In this document: in pieces, positions 29,094 through 39,118 of the stretch
Position numbering within the stretch: the first letter of the stretch is position 1
How the letters are laid out: every line of letters begins with the position of its first letter
Source: Sedimentisphaerales bacterium
GTDB taxonomy: Bacteria; Planctomycetota; Phycisphaerae; Sedimentisphaerales; Anaerobacaceae
Assembly (NCBI GenBank): GCA_963708075.1
Contig: OY970194.1
Span: forward strand, 928,001 to 992,000
Reading direction: 5' to 3'
Length of the DNA stretch: 64,000 nt
Program-made: the position numbers and the translations under genes
The notes under the pieces: model-generated
What the model was told of the DNA's origin: nothing
The model's input: the letters and a program-made list of their open reading frames with translations, nothing else
Databases searched by the model: none

Positions 29094-30556
29094 TGAACAA
29101 GAGCCCGAAAACAGCCCGGTCGGTGATTGCCGCCGTCAAAGAGGACACTCAGTTCAAAGCGGTTGAGTTGCGGGCACACGGTGACGAGGTGGAGATCCTC
29201 TGGGTAAAGGCCGTGCCGAGTGACGGCTGCACCTGGAGCGATTTCGCGGTCGAGTGCGGCCTGGCTCAGGCTGTCGGGACGAAAGGCAAGACGGTCCGCA
29301 AGGACGTCGTGAGCGTTGTCGGACTCGATTCGACGGCGGTGGCCTTCTACAGAATCAGCACGCCGGCCGTGGGCGAGGAGGAAACCGCCTCGATCGTCAG
29401 AATGCAGGTCGAGTCGCTGTTGCCGTTGCCTCCCGAGCAAATCGAAGTGGCCTGGCGGACCATCCCCTCGACGGATGGTAAGATGGATGTCACCATGGCG
29501 GCCGCACGCTGCGACCATCTGGAGCGATTCATCGACAGCACTCGCGACTTCCGGCCCCAGAACATTCTCCTATCCTGCGAGGGGATGGCCAGGGCCTGGC
29601 AGAGCCTGTTCATGGAGCAGGAGCGGCAGGGGGCGGTCCTGAGCATCGGCGAGCGGCACACGCAGGTCTGCCTTGTCCAGGCAGGGCGGGTCGTGCACGC
29701 CGGCGTCTTGGATGTCGGGATGAGCGATCTGAAATCGACCGGCGGACACGGCGACGCGTCGGGGGGCACGGAGGCGTCGGAGCGGTTCGCACTGGACATA
29801 CGGACGATTCTGGATTCGTTCGGCTGGGAGGTGTTGACCCTCTGGCCGATCTTCGTCCTGTCCGACGGAAGCAGGGAGATCGACCGCATCGTGGCATCGC
29901 TGAACGCCGCCGGGCTGCTCGCGCGAGCCAGCCTGCCGGGCACGCAGGGCGTGAAGGCGCCGGTGGGTTTCGACCGGGGCGATGTGTATCAGTACCACGT
30001 ACCGCTGGGCCTGGCTCTGCTGGCGATAGGAGAGCCCTCCGGCCGGCTGGACCTCTTCAAAGGCATCATTCAGGATCAGGAGGAAGTGAGCGCCCAACGA
30101 GCCCGGCTGTCGATCCTGGTGGCGGGAGCCGTCGCCGTCTTCATGTTGATCGCGCTGATCGCGACGTCTTATATCGTCGACAAGAGTCGCGACAAACACT
30201 ACAAGAACCTGCTTGCCCGGACGGACCTGGAACAGGCAATACAGCGGCAGACCCTGTTGAAGACCGTGGCGCAGCACCGGCCCGACCTGCTCCAACTGCT
30301 CACCGACATCAACACCGGCCAGAACCCCGGGATCGTCCTGGACAGTCTCCATTTCAGAAAGGGCCAGCCGGTCACCGTCACCGGGCAGGCCGACAACCAG
30401 GAGCAGTTGTGGGCCTTCCAGAAGAACCTGAGTGGCCGGAAGGGAGTCGAGAAGGCAGAGTCGTCAAACGTGAGCCAGGACAGCAAGACCAAGAAGATCA
30501 GGTTCACGATCACGTTCCAGTACAAGGGATACACGAAGAAGAACGCCGTCCTATAG
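29093..30556 (+). CDS. GspL-like / PilM-PilN fused assembly protein
   Basis: Cytoplasmic actin-like region, one TM helix, periplasmic VTVTGQA domain; TGATG coupling to gspK. Confidence 0.75.
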   Translation: MNKSPKTARSVIAAVKEDTQFKAVELRAHGDEVEILWVKAVPSDGCTWSDFAVECGLAQAVGTKGKTVRKDVVSVVGLDSTAVAFYRISTPAVGEEETASIVRMQVESLLPLPPEQIEVAWRTIPSTDGKMDVTMAAARCDHLERFIDSTRDFRPQNILLSCEGMARAWQSLFMEQERQGAVLSIGERHTQVCLVQAGRVVHAGVLDVGMSDLKSTGGHGDASGGTEASERFALDIRTILDSFGWEVLTLWPIFVLSDGSREIDRIVASLNAAGLLARASLPGTQGVKAPVGFDRGDVYQYHVPLGLALLAIGEPSGRLDLFKGIIQDQEEVSAQRARLSILVAGAVAVFMLIALIATSYIVDKSRDKHYKNLLARTDLEQAIQRQTLLKTVAQHRPDLLQLLTDINTGQNPGIVLDSLHFRKGQPVTVTGQADNQEQLWAFQKNLSGRKGVEKAESSNVSQDSKTKKIRFTITFQYKGYTKKNAVL

Positions 30557-30572
30557 GGGCAACGAGCGGATC

Positions 30573-31097
30573 ATGGCAAGAAAGCTGACTCCAAGAGAAA
30601 TACGCATGATTCAAGTCGGGGTGATCGCCGTCATCGCTATACCGGCCTTCACCTTCGGGACGAAATGGATCGACGACTGGGGAAAGGTCCGCAAGTCCCT
30701 GGCCGAGTCGCAGGAAAAGCTGAAAGATCTTGAGATCAACGAGACCACGCAGGCGGGCCTGCTCGCCATCGTGCCGGTGTGGGAGCTGCCTCAGGAAGAG
30801 AACGTGCAGAAGACCCTGTTCCGGGACAAGCTGAACGAGCAATTGAAGAAGGCGGGGGTCAATACGGAGCCGCTCCAGTTCCTTCCCATCCGAAAGGCGA
30901 AGGGCCAGACGGTCCTCAAGATTCAGTTCAAGGGCAAGTGCAAGTTCGACCAATTGCTCGACCTGCTGGCCGGCTTGAGGGAGAACCCGTACCTTGTGGG
31001 CATCGAGGAGTTGAGGGTTGAGTGCGATACCAAGCAGCCGCCGGATAAGAGGCAGGAAGTGGAAATTGCCCTGACGGCCTCGACGTTTGTGAAATGA
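30573..31097 (+). CDS. GspM/PilO-like protein
   Basis: LTPRE N-terminus, TM helix, coiled coil, FDQLLDLL...IEEL C-terminus. Confidence 0.75.
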   Translation: MARKLTPREIRMIQVGVIAVIAIPAFTFGTKWIDDWGKVRKSLAESQEKLKDLEINETTQAGLLAIVPVWELPQEENVQKTLFRDKLNEQLKKAGVNTEPLQFLPIRKAKGQTVLKIQFKGKCKFDQLLDLLAGLRENPYLVGIEELRVECDTKQPPDKRQEVEIALTASTFVK

Positions 31098-31113
31098 TGT
31101 GAGGTAGTGTCGG

Positions 31114-31857
31114 TTGAACCCTGCACATGTGACATCTGAAACCCTGAGTCATCGCCGGCGCGATCTGGTGGCCCTGCTGCTTGCAGTCACGGTGTTGCTG
31201 GGCGCCCTGGTATTCGCCAAAGTGGCGAGTTTCGTGCGAGCGCAGCGCGTCATTGCCCAGGTGGAGAACCTGGGCAGGCAGGATCCGAATGATCTGCAGG
31301 CATCCGTGCGCAAGGCCAAAGAGAGCGCAGACGCCCTGAAGAAGAACAACCTGTTCGTCAAGCAGACTCCGAAGGAGCACCCGGTCAAGCAGGTGGATGG
31401 GATCCTCGGGAATGAGGTCCTGATCGCCAACGCGTGGTACAAGGTCGGTGGGAAAATCGGCAACGCGGAGATCGTGGCCATCGCACCGACGGAAGTCACC
31501 ATCCTGTGGGACGGCCAGAAGAAGACCTTTGCCCCCATCTCGGCAGCGAGCGCGTCGCCGGAGCCGCCCCCGAAGGCGGCCGAGAGCAAGCCCGAAGCGG
31601 CAAAGGCGCCTGAGCCGGGCAAGCCCGCGCCGCAAGCGGCGCCCGGCGAGACCAAGGCGGCTGCTCCTGCAGAGGCCGACCCATTGGCCTGGATGAGCGT
31701 GAAACTGTCGCCGAAGGTCAGAGAAATGATCATGGCGAAGTGGAATTCCGTCTCCGAGGAGGAGAAACAAAAGGCCAAGGAGGAATGGAACCGGATGTCC
31801 GAGCAGGATAAGGAAAAAGCTGTCGATATGCTGGAGCGAGGCGCCCTGTCCTTGTAG
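31114..31857 (+). CDS. Membrane-anchored T2SS accessory protein (GspC/GspB-like), paralog 1
   Basis: TM helix + GIL...LI...WYKVG...IVAI.PT.V domain + Pro/Ala linker + W..(M/V)SE helices. Confidence 0.65.
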   Translation: MNPAHVTSETLSHRRRDLVALLLAVTVLLGALVFAKVASFVRAQRVIAQVENLGRQDPNDLQASVRKAKESADALKKNNLFVKQTPKEHPVKQVDGILGNEVLIANAWYKVGGKIGNAEIVAIAPTEVTILWDGQKKTFAPISAASASPEPPPKAAESKPEAAKAPEPGKPAPQAAPGETKAAAPAEADPLAWMSVKLSPKVREMIMAKWNSVSEEEKQKAKEEWNRMSEQDKEKAVDMLERGALSL

Positions 31858-31904
31858 GCGGCGGGTGTTGTGTGTAAGGTGGCGTTTGCAGTAAGAAACT
31901 CAAT

Positions 31905-32552
31905 ATGAGCAACAAAGCATACAACATGGAACCGCTTGCCGGGGTTCTGCTGGCGATTGCAGGACTTCTGGCAGCCCTTATATTCCTGCAGATCGCGACA
32001 TGGCTCGCGACCGCTGGGGAGGCCGACAGCGTCGTGGCCGCAGCCACGGGTGCCACGCTGGGCAAGCCGGCCGCCATGCCATCGGCGCAGATCCAGTCCG
32101 CCGTGGAGGGTCTTAAGAAGAACAACCTGTTTGCACCTCCTGCGATGAAAAAGTGGCCGGTCAATGACGTGATCGGGATCCTCGGCAATCAGGCGTTGAT
32201 CAACGGCCAGTGGTACAAGGCCGGGGACAGCGTGGCGGATGCCAAAATTGTCGCCATTGAGCCAACGAAGGTCAAGGTCGTGTGGAACGGCCAGGAGAAG
32301 GAATTCACGCCGATCGGCTCCAGCGGCGGGGGCGGGCCGGAAGGTCCCCGCCAGGGACCCAGGGGCAGACCGCCGACATCCCCAGGGGCGCCCATGGTGG
32401 TCACGGGCGGAGCCCCCTCAGGTGGGGCAACGGCCGGCCCGTCGCCCGAGGAACGCGACCGGCTCAGAGAACGATGGAAGGACATGTCACCGGAAGAGCG
32501 GCAGAAATATCGTGATGAGATGCGCGAACGACTCAGCCGCAAGAGCCGGTAA
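31905..32552 (+). CDS. Membrane-anchored T2SS accessory protein (GspC/GspB-like), paralog 2
   Basis: Aligns with the preceding gene: LKKNNLF, GILGN, WYK.G, W.GQ.K.F.PI. Confidence 0.65.
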   Translation: MSNKAYNMEPLAGVLLAIAGLLAALIFLQIATWLATAGEADSVVAAATGATLGKPAAMPSAQIQSAVEGLKKNNLFAPPAMKKWPVNDVIGILGNQALINGQWYKAGDSVADAKIVAIEPTKVKVVWNGQEKEFTPIGSSGGGGPEGPRQGPRGRPPTSPGAPMVVTGGAPSGGATAGPSPEERDRLRERWKDMSPEERQKYRDEMRERLSRKSR

Positions 32553-32579
32553 TTGGATCACGGACGAAAGGTCAGTTAC

Positions 32580-33137
32580 ATGAAGCACATGAATATCGTA
32601 GTCTCGGTCATCATCGCCGCGGCGATACTTGTCGCCGCGTATGCGGTTGGGCTGCTTGTACGGCACGCCCGGACGCCGGACGGGCAGCTCGAATCCGCGG
32701 CGGTCACGCCGATCGAGAGTCCCGCGACGCTCAAGGCGAGGGTCGCACAGCAGTTGCCCGGCGGCGGATCTGCCGGTGCCGCCGATGCTAATCTGGCAGC
32801 GCGGAGCCAACAAGAGAGAGAGCAGATGCTCGAACGGATGAAGGGCATGACCAAGGAAGAAAAGCAGCGGTTCACGATGGAAGAGGCGCGCAAGCACTTC
32901 GGCGCCGGCGGCACGAGGAGCGAACCGCGCAAAATGTCGCCGGAGGAACGCGAGAAGATGCTGCAGAAGTGGCAACGCATGTCTGAAGAGGAGAAGCGGG
33001 CGTCCGATGCCCGCCCAGCGGAATCCGAGCCGGCTCAGGGCGAACCGCCGCAAGCTCCTGCAAACGCGGAAGGTACGGCGACACAGCAGAGCTCCGAGCC
33101 AAACGGCGCAGAGCCAAACAAAGCCGGCAACAGATGA
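32580..33137 (+). CDS. Membrane-anchored protein with MS/TxEE(R/K) helical repeats
   Basis: N-terminal TM helix; MTKEEK, MSPEER and WQRMSEEEK. Confidence 0.65.
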   Translation: MKHMNIVVSVIIAAAILVAAYAVGLLVRHARTPDGQLESAAVTPIESPATLKARVAQQLPGGGSAGAADANLAARSQQEREQMLERMKGMTKEEKQRFTMEEARKHFGAGGTRSEPRKMSPEEREKMLQKWQRMSEEEKRASDARPAESEPAQGEPPQAPANAEGTATQQSSEPNGAEPNKAGNR

Positions 33138-33178
33138 TCTTTGAATGGGAACCAGAACCAGTACGCAGTTGAAATGAG

Positions 33179-36100
33179 GTGACTACCTTGGAACGGTCAA
33201 AGTTGGTCCTGTGGGGCGTAGTCCTTGCCGCCGCCGGCGTGATTGTCTGGCGAGTAGGCTTTCATACACCCGAACCTCGTTTGTCCGGCATGCAGCGCCA
33301 GGCAAATGCACAGCCTGATTCGGCGGCGCGAAGTCCCAATGAGCCGGCCAAACAGGCCTCGCCCCCGGCTACGGGCGAGCCCAACACGCCGATCCAGCGT
33401 ACGGAGCCCAACCGGCCTGCGGACTCGAACAAGCCGCCCGAATCGGGCAAGCCGGCCGCCGGGTCGGAGCCGAACAAGCCCGCGGATTCAGGCAAGCCCG
33501 CAGAGCCAAACAAGCCTGCGCAGGCAGGCACCTCTGATACGACGAAGCCCGCCGAGGCCGGTGCCGACGACAAGTCCGCATCCGGTGAGCCCATGGAGGC
33601 CGTCAACCTCAAGGACGTCGAGATGAAGAACATCATCGACAAGATCGCGCAGTGGACCGGCAAGACCGTCATCCCGCACGATGAGGCGATGAAGCAGAAG
33701 GTGACGATCTATGCGCCGGACAAGATGCCGCGCAAGAAGGCGCTCGAGAAGATCTATAGCGCCCTTCGTATGAAGGGGTACATGGTCGAAGAGTCGGGTG
33801 ACACGCTGTTCCTCAAGCCGCTGGCCGGGGCCAAGCTGGGCGTTTTCCCGATGGTCGGCCCTGATGAGCCTTTGGCAGCGTTCGAAAACAAGGACCAGAT
33901 CGTGCAGAAGCTCTTCAAGCTGGCCAACTATCCGCCGGCCCAGATGGGCCAGATCGTTCAACCCCTGATCGGCGAGTTTGGCCACGTTAGCGCCGATGCC
34001 ACAACGGGCACATTGCTCGTCATTGACGCCGTGGGCAACCTCCAACGGATCGAGAACATCATCCAGCAGTTTGACATCCCCGACGCGGGCAAAGCGGTCA
34101 CGGATGTCGTTGAGGTCAAATACGGCGATCCTTCGGAGATCGTGCAGATGCTCAGGATGCTCCTGGGCGAATCGCTCGATGGCGGGCGAGGCCGCAGGTC
34201 TTTCGGCGGCAGGGTGTATAACCCGTCCAGGTCCGGTGGCAACCCGGGGGGACCGCCCCAGGGGCCGGGAGGCGCCAAGACCGTCGCCAGCTCGGTGACT
34301 ATCCCGGGCAGTGAAATCCCCATCGTCCTCATCCCCGAGCCCAAGCACAAATGGATCATCGTCAGCGGCTCCGCGGAGGACGTGAAGAAGATTCGTGAAT
34401 GGGTCGAGAAACTGGATCGGCAGGAGCCGGTCCAGTCCGATTACGAGACGGTCGCGGTCGCCTATGCCGACCCGCAAGAGGTGGCGGACCGCATCGAGAG
34501 ATCGCTGGAGGAATTGCCGGGCTCGGCGTTGCGGCCCAGCGTTGTCGTGCAGGCGCTGCAACAGTCCAGGCAGATCATGATCTTCGGCCGGGCCGATCTG
34601 CGCGATATGGTCAAGAAGCTGATCGTCGAAGTGGATATCCCTGCCGGCACCTTCGTGACCGAGCATTTCCAGCTCAAGCACGCCGACCCGGAGCAGATCA
34701 AGCAAAACCTGGACAGCCTGTACGGCGAGAGCGTCCCCCGGTACGACCAGTACAGTTACTACCGATACGGGCCCGGCAGTCGGCGCACGCCCGCCGACAC
34801 CGTGAAGGTGATCGCCTTCGCCGCAATGCAGCAGCTCACGGTCATCGCGTCTGCGGAGAACATGGAGAAGATCCGCAAGCAGATCGAAGAGTGGGATGTC
34901 CCGCTGAATGTGGAGGCCGTCAAGCCGAGGATCATCGAGCTGCGCAACTCCGACCCCATCCAGATGGCGGAACTCTTGTCCAAGCTGTTCTCGGAGGAGA
35001 CGGATACGAGCCGCTCGTTCATGCGGATGATCTTCTTCGGCGACATGGGCGACCAGCGACAGAAGATTGTCGGCCCCTTGTACGGCCAGCTCACGTTCGA
35101 GGCCGTCCAGGGGACCAAGAAGATCATCGTCATCAGCAAGGTCCCCCAGGCCTATGACGTCATCGAGCAGCTCGTTCTGGATCTGGATCGCCAGGAAATG
35201 GCGGAGAGCCCACACGTCGTCCAGATCAAGTACGCGGATACGGAGGACCTTGCCGAGCGGCTGAACGCGATGTTCAACGAGCCTGGAACGAGCGCCCGCA
35301 TTCGCCGCACGTCCCGGGGTCTGGGTGATTACTCCATGGGGTCAACAGAAAGCAACCAGGGCCAGGGCGGCGCTCGGCCTGCCAGCAGCAACAATGCAGA
35401 CCAGGGGGGCGGCGAGTACACGCCGTGGTGGTCTTCCGGCGCACGGCGGACCCCGAACGAGGAGCCGATCAGCAACGTCATCGGGCATGTGCGATTCGTT
35501 CCTGATCCGAGGAGCAAGTCCATCCTCGTGCTGGCGCCGCGGGAGTTCCAGGCGAGCATTGCCGACACGATCAAGGAGCTGGATGTTCCCGGCAAGCAGG
35601 TGATGGTGAAAGCCGTGGTCATTGAGGTGGATCACCAGGACCTGACCTCTCTGGGCCTTCAGTTGTCCTCCAATCCCATCGGGGCGTTCAATGTGGGAGA
35701 AGATGCGGTCACGGCGCTTGGGGAGCTTACCTATCTCGACGAGCACGGCTCCGCGACGATCACGGGCGACATCAGTATTACGGCCCTGCTGGATTTCCTT
35801 GTCAAGAAGGTCAACGCTCAGATCCTCAACCAGCAGACGCTGTGGACTGAGGACAACGAAGAGGCCAGCTTCTTCAAGGGTCAGGAAGTGGCTTTCCAAA
35901 CAAGCGCGTCGACATCCGAGACGGGCGGCCGGGTTACGCAAAGCTTCGAGTACAAGCAGATCGGCATGACGCTCGCCGTGCGGCCCAGTATCACGCCCGA
36001 GAAGAACGTGGATATGATGGTCACGGTGCTGCTGTCAAATTTGACGGGCGACTCGATCAATAGCCAGCCGGTCACGCGAGTCATGAACACCACCACGAAT

Positions 36101-36406
36101 ATGATCGTGTCGGATGGTCAGACCCTCATGCTCGGCGGCATCCTGTTCCAGACGAACAGCAAGGTCGTCCGGAAGATCCCGCTCTTCGGCGACATTCCCC
36201 TGGTGGGCGGCCTCTTCCGGCATAACGAAGTGATCAAGGCGAACAACGAGCTGATCATTTTCATCACGCCGTCCGTTGTCGATGAGGGACTCGAATTGCC
36301 CGAAGCCACCGCTGAGCAGCTCGGAGAGACCAAGCTGAAGCTGGAGCAGGTCCAGGGAGAGCTGAACCAGATGGCCGAGGAACTGAAGGAGAACATAGAC
36401 AAGTAA
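33179..36406 (+). CDS. gspD: Secretin (GspD-like) with extended N-domains
   Basis: N0 domain, repeated secretin-N units, QVMVKAVVIEV, GQTLMLGG, KIPLFGDIPLVGGLF and ELIIFITP. Confidence 0.9.
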   Translation: MTTLERSKLVLWGVVLAAAGVIVWRVGFHTPEPRLSGMQRQANAQPDSAARSPNEPAKQASPPATGEPNTPIQRTEPNRPADSNKPPESGKPAAGSEPNKPADSGKPAEPNKPAQAGTSDTTKPAEAGADDKSASGEPMEAVNLKDVEMKNIIDKIAQWTGKTVIPHDEAMKQKVTIYAPDKMPRKKALEKIYSALRMKGYMVEESGDTLFLKPLAGAKLGVFPMVGPDEPLAAFENKDQIVQKLFKLANYPPAQMGQIVQPLIGEFGHVSADATTGTLLVIDAVGNLQRIENIIQQFDIPDAGKAVTDVVEVKYGDPSEIVQMLRMLLGESLDGGRGRRSFGGRVYNPSRSGGNPGGPPQGPGGAKTVASSVTIPGSEIPIVLIPEPKHKWIIVSGSAEDVKKIREWVEKLDRQEPVQSDYETVAVAYADPQEVADRIERSLEELPGSALRPSVVVQALQQSRQIMIFGRADLRDMVKKLIVEVDIPAGTFVTEHFQLKHADPEQIKQNLDSLYGESVPRYDQYSYYRYGPGSRRTPADTVKVIAFAAMQQLTVIASAENMEKIRKQIEEWDVPLNVEAVKPRIIELRNSDPIQMAELLSKLFSEETDTSRSFMRMIFFGDMGDQRQKIVGPLYGQLTFEAVQGTKKIIVISKVPQAYDVIEQLVLDLDRQEMAESPHVVQIKYADTEDLAERLNAMFNEPGTSARIRRTSRGLGDYSMGSTESNQGQGGARPASSNNADQGGGEYTPWWSSGARRTPNEEPISNVIGHVRFVPDPRSKSILVLAPREFQASIADTIKELDVPGKQVMVKAVVIEVDHQDLTSLGLQLSSNPIGAFNVGEDAVTALGELTYLDEHGSATITGDISITALLDFLVKKVNAQILNQQTLWTEDNEEASFFKGQEVAFQTSASTSETGGRVTQSFEYKQIGMTLAVRPSITPEKNVDMMVTVLLSNLTGDSINSQPVTRVMNTTTNMIVSDGQTLMLGGILFQTNSKVVRKIPLFGDIPLVGGLFRHNEVIKANNELIIFITPSVVDEGLELPEATAEQLGETKLKLEQVQGELNQMAEELKENIDK

Positions 36407-36430
36407 CCGTTGCTCTCCAGAAGCATTTAT

Positions 36431-36481
36431 CGAGTGGCCGCGACAAGCCTTTTGATCTCGTCGCGGCCACTCGTTTTTTTT
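36431..36481 (+). terminator. Intrinsic terminator of the T2SS operon
   Basis: 14-bp stem CGAGTGGCCGCGAC/GTCGCGGCCACTCG followed by T8. Confidence 0.85.
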
Positions 36482-36512
36482 ACAGTCCGCCGACGGCCGG
36501 TGAACGGTCGTT

Positions 36513-37790
36513 CTATTTTCGCGGGGTGATGAGTTCTCTGCCGCCCATGTAGGGACGCAGCACCTGCGGGATGGTGATCGACCCGTCCGCGTTCTGGTAC
36601 AGTTCCATGAGCGGGATCAGAATGCGGGGCGACGCGATAACCGTATTGTTCAAGGTATGGCAGAAGAGGTTCTTCTTCGTCGCGGGGTCCTTGTATCGCA
36701 GGTTCATCCGTCGGGCCTGGAAATCGTTGAATTTGCTTGCGCTGTGCGTCTCGCAGTAGCTGCCGCGCGACGGCATCCAGCCCTCGATGTCATATTTCTT
36801 GGCCTGCCCGCGTCCGAGGTCGCCCGTGCACACGACGACGATGCGGTAGGGCAGTCCCAGGGCTTTCATGACCCCCTCGGCGTTACCGAGGATCTCCGCG
36901 TGGAACTTGTTGCTCTCCTCGCCGTCGTTTCGACAGATGACGACCTGCTCGACCTTGTCGAACTGGTGGATGCGATAGAGGCCGTAGGTGTCCTTGCCGG
37001 CCGCGCCGGCCTCGCGCCGGAAGCAGCTTGAAAGGGCGACGTACTTCAGCGGCAGCTCCTCCGCCGGCAGGATCTCGCCCATCCGGTAGGCGGTCAGCGG
37101 AACTTCCGCCGTCCCCACGAGATTCAACTCATCCCGTTCCATCCGATAGGTCTGCTCTTCCGAGCCGGGGTAGTAGCCCGTGCCCATCATTGCCTCGTCG
37201 CGCATCAGCAGCGGAACGGACATCGGCAGATAGCCTCGTTCCGCCATGAAATCGATGGCGAATCGCAGCACCGCCCAATGCAGCAAGGCGCCGTCGCCCT
37301 TGAGGAAGTAGTTCCGCGTGCCCGCCAGCTTTACTCCCCGCTCGATGTCGATGATATCCAGGGCTAGGCCGAGCTGAACGTGGTCCTTCGGCTGGAAATC
37401 GAACTTGCGAACCTCGCCCTCCCGCCGGATCTCCATGTTCTCCGTGTCGTCTTTGCCGACGGGGACATCGGGGTCGGCCGGCTGTGGTACTTGCAGCACC
37501 AACGCATCGAACTCCGGCTGCAGCGCCTTGGCCTCGGCCTCCGACTGCTCCTCCTGCTGCTTCAACTGCGTCAGCTTGGCCAGCGCCGCCTCTTTCTCGC
37601 CTCCCGACAGCTTGGGAACCGCCTTGCCGATCCGGTTCTTTTCCGTGGCGATCTCCTGAAGACCCGTCTTTAACTCCCTCAAGCGGCGCTCGATCTCCAG
37701 AAGCCTCGGTATATCCACGTCGATCCGCTTGTTCAGCGCCGCCTGGATGTAGAGTTGGGGGGATTCCCGCAACAGCTTGATATCGATCAT
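36513..37790 (-). CDS. serS: Serine--tRNA ligase
   Basis: N-terminal coiled coil; GTAE, FRREAG, R.HQF.KVE and HTLN motifs. Confidence 0.95.
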   Translation of the reverse strand: MIDIKLLRESPQLYIQAALNKRIDVDIPRLLEIERRLRELKTGLQEIATEKNRIGKAVPKLSGGEKEAALAKLTQLKQQEEQSEAEAKALQPEFDALVLQVPQPADPDVPVGKDDTENMEIRREGEVRKFDFQPKDHVQLGLALDIIDIERGVKLAGTRNYFLKGDGALLHWAVLRFAIDFMAERGYLPMSVPLLMRDEAMMGTGYYPGSEEQTYRMERDELNLVGTAEVPLTAYRMGEILPAEELPLKYVALSSCFRREAGAAGKDTYGLYRIHQFDKVEQVVICRNDGEESNKFHAEILGNAEGVMKALGLPYRIVVVCTGDLGRGQAKKYDIEGWMPSRGSYCETHSASKFNDFQARRMNLRYKDPATKKNLFCHTLNNTVIASPRILIPLMELYQNADGSITIPQVLRPYMGGRELITPRK

Positions 37791-39118
37791 AGGTCCTCGG
37801 TTCCCAAACGCTTGACGATAACCACGTTGTTCTGTCCTCCGAACCCGAAGGACTCATTCATTGCCACGTTCACCGGCATCTTGCGGGCGACAAGCGGGAC
37901 GTAATCGAGGTCCAGCTTCGGATCGGGATCGACGAGGTTGATCGTGGGAGGCACGATGTTGTCCCGGATGGCCAGCACGCACGTGATCAGCTCCGCCGCG
38001 CCGGCGGCCCCGATCAAGTGCCCCATCATGCTCTTGACGCTGCTGGCGGGGACCTGCCTGGCCCGCTCGCCAAAGACTGTTTTGATCGCCAGCGTCTCGA
38101 TGTGATCGTTTTCCTGCGTGCTCGTGCCGTGCGTGTTGATGTAATCGATGTCCTTGTACGTCAGCCCGGCATCGGCTATTGCCTTCCGCATCGCCTGCAC
38201 GGGCCCGCGGCCTTCCTCGTGCATATCCGTCACGCGGAAGGCGTCCGAGCTCGAACCGTAACCGACAAGCTCGGCAAGGATTTTGGCTCCCCGCCTCCTG
38301 GCGGAGCTGAGCGACTCGATGACGAGCATCGCCGCGCCCTCGCCAATGAGGAATCCATCCCGGCTGGCGCAGAAGGGTCGCGATGCCGTCTGCGGGCTGT
38401 CGTTCCGCGTCGACAGGGCGGTCAATCGATTGAATCCTGTGATACCCAGCGGGTGGATCATCGAGTGCGCCCCGCCGGCGACGATCACGTCTGCGTGGCC
38501 CCTGCGAATCAGCATCATGGCTTCACCGACGGCCTGCGTGCTGGCGGCACAGGCCGTCAGGCAACTGCGGGTCGGCCCCCGGGCGCCGGTCAGCATGGCG
38601 ATGTGACCGGCCGCCATGTTCGGCTCCTGCTCTAACTCGCGAGTGGCGTTGAACTGCCTCACCGCGGAGGCGTTGAGGCGATCCCAGGCCATTCGTCCTT
38701 CCTGCACGTTCCAGCCGGCGATGATGCATCCGAAGAAGCTGTCATTGTCGAGCGAGCCTTCTCCGGCTCCGAGGTAGATGCCCATCCTCGCCCGGTCTAC
38801 GCCGTCGCGAGGCTCGTCTGTCTCTGTGTCGATCCCCGCCTGCCGGCAGGCTTGGGCTGCCGCTCCGATTGCGAATCCGCTGCCCCGGCTGCATCCCTTG
38901 TGCAATCCGATATCTCGCACGAATTCGGCAAGATTGTAGTTCTTCACCTCGGCGTCGAATGTCGTGGGGAACGTTGAGGCGTCGAAGACGGTCGTCCGGT
39001 CCGCGCCGCTGCGGCCGGTTAGAATCCCTTCCCACATCGCGTCTACGCTATTGCCCAGCGGGCAGACGATCCCCATCCCCGTGATGACTACCCGCTCCTG
39101 TTTCTTCGGGGTCCTCAT
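37787..39118 (-). CDS. fabF: Beta-ketoacyl-ACP synthase (FabF-like) with intact Cys-His-His triad
   Basis: TACAAS, NTHGTST, KSMMGHLIGAAG and SFGFGG. Confidence 0.9.
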   Translation of the reverse strand: MRTPKKQERVVITGMGIVCPLGNSVDAMWEGILTGRSGADRTTVFDASTFPTTFDAEVKNYNLAEFVRDIGLHKGCSRGSGFAIGAAAQACRQAGIDTETDEPRDGVDRARMGIYLGAGEGSLDNDSFFGCIIAGWNVQEGRMAWDRLNASAVRQFNATRELEQEPNMAAGHIAMLTGARGPTRSCLTACAASTQAVGEAMMLIRRGHADVIVAGGAHSMIHPLGITGFNRLTALSTRNDSPQTASRPFCASRDGFLIGEGAAMLVIESLSSARRRGAKILAELVGYGSSSDAFRVTDMHEEGRGPVQAMRKAIADAGLTYKDIDYINTHGTSTQENDHIETLAIKTVFGERARQVPASSVKSMMGHLIGAAGAAELITCVLAIRDNIVPPTINLVDPDPKLDLDYVPLVARKMPVNVAMNESFGFGGQNNVVIVKRLGTEDL

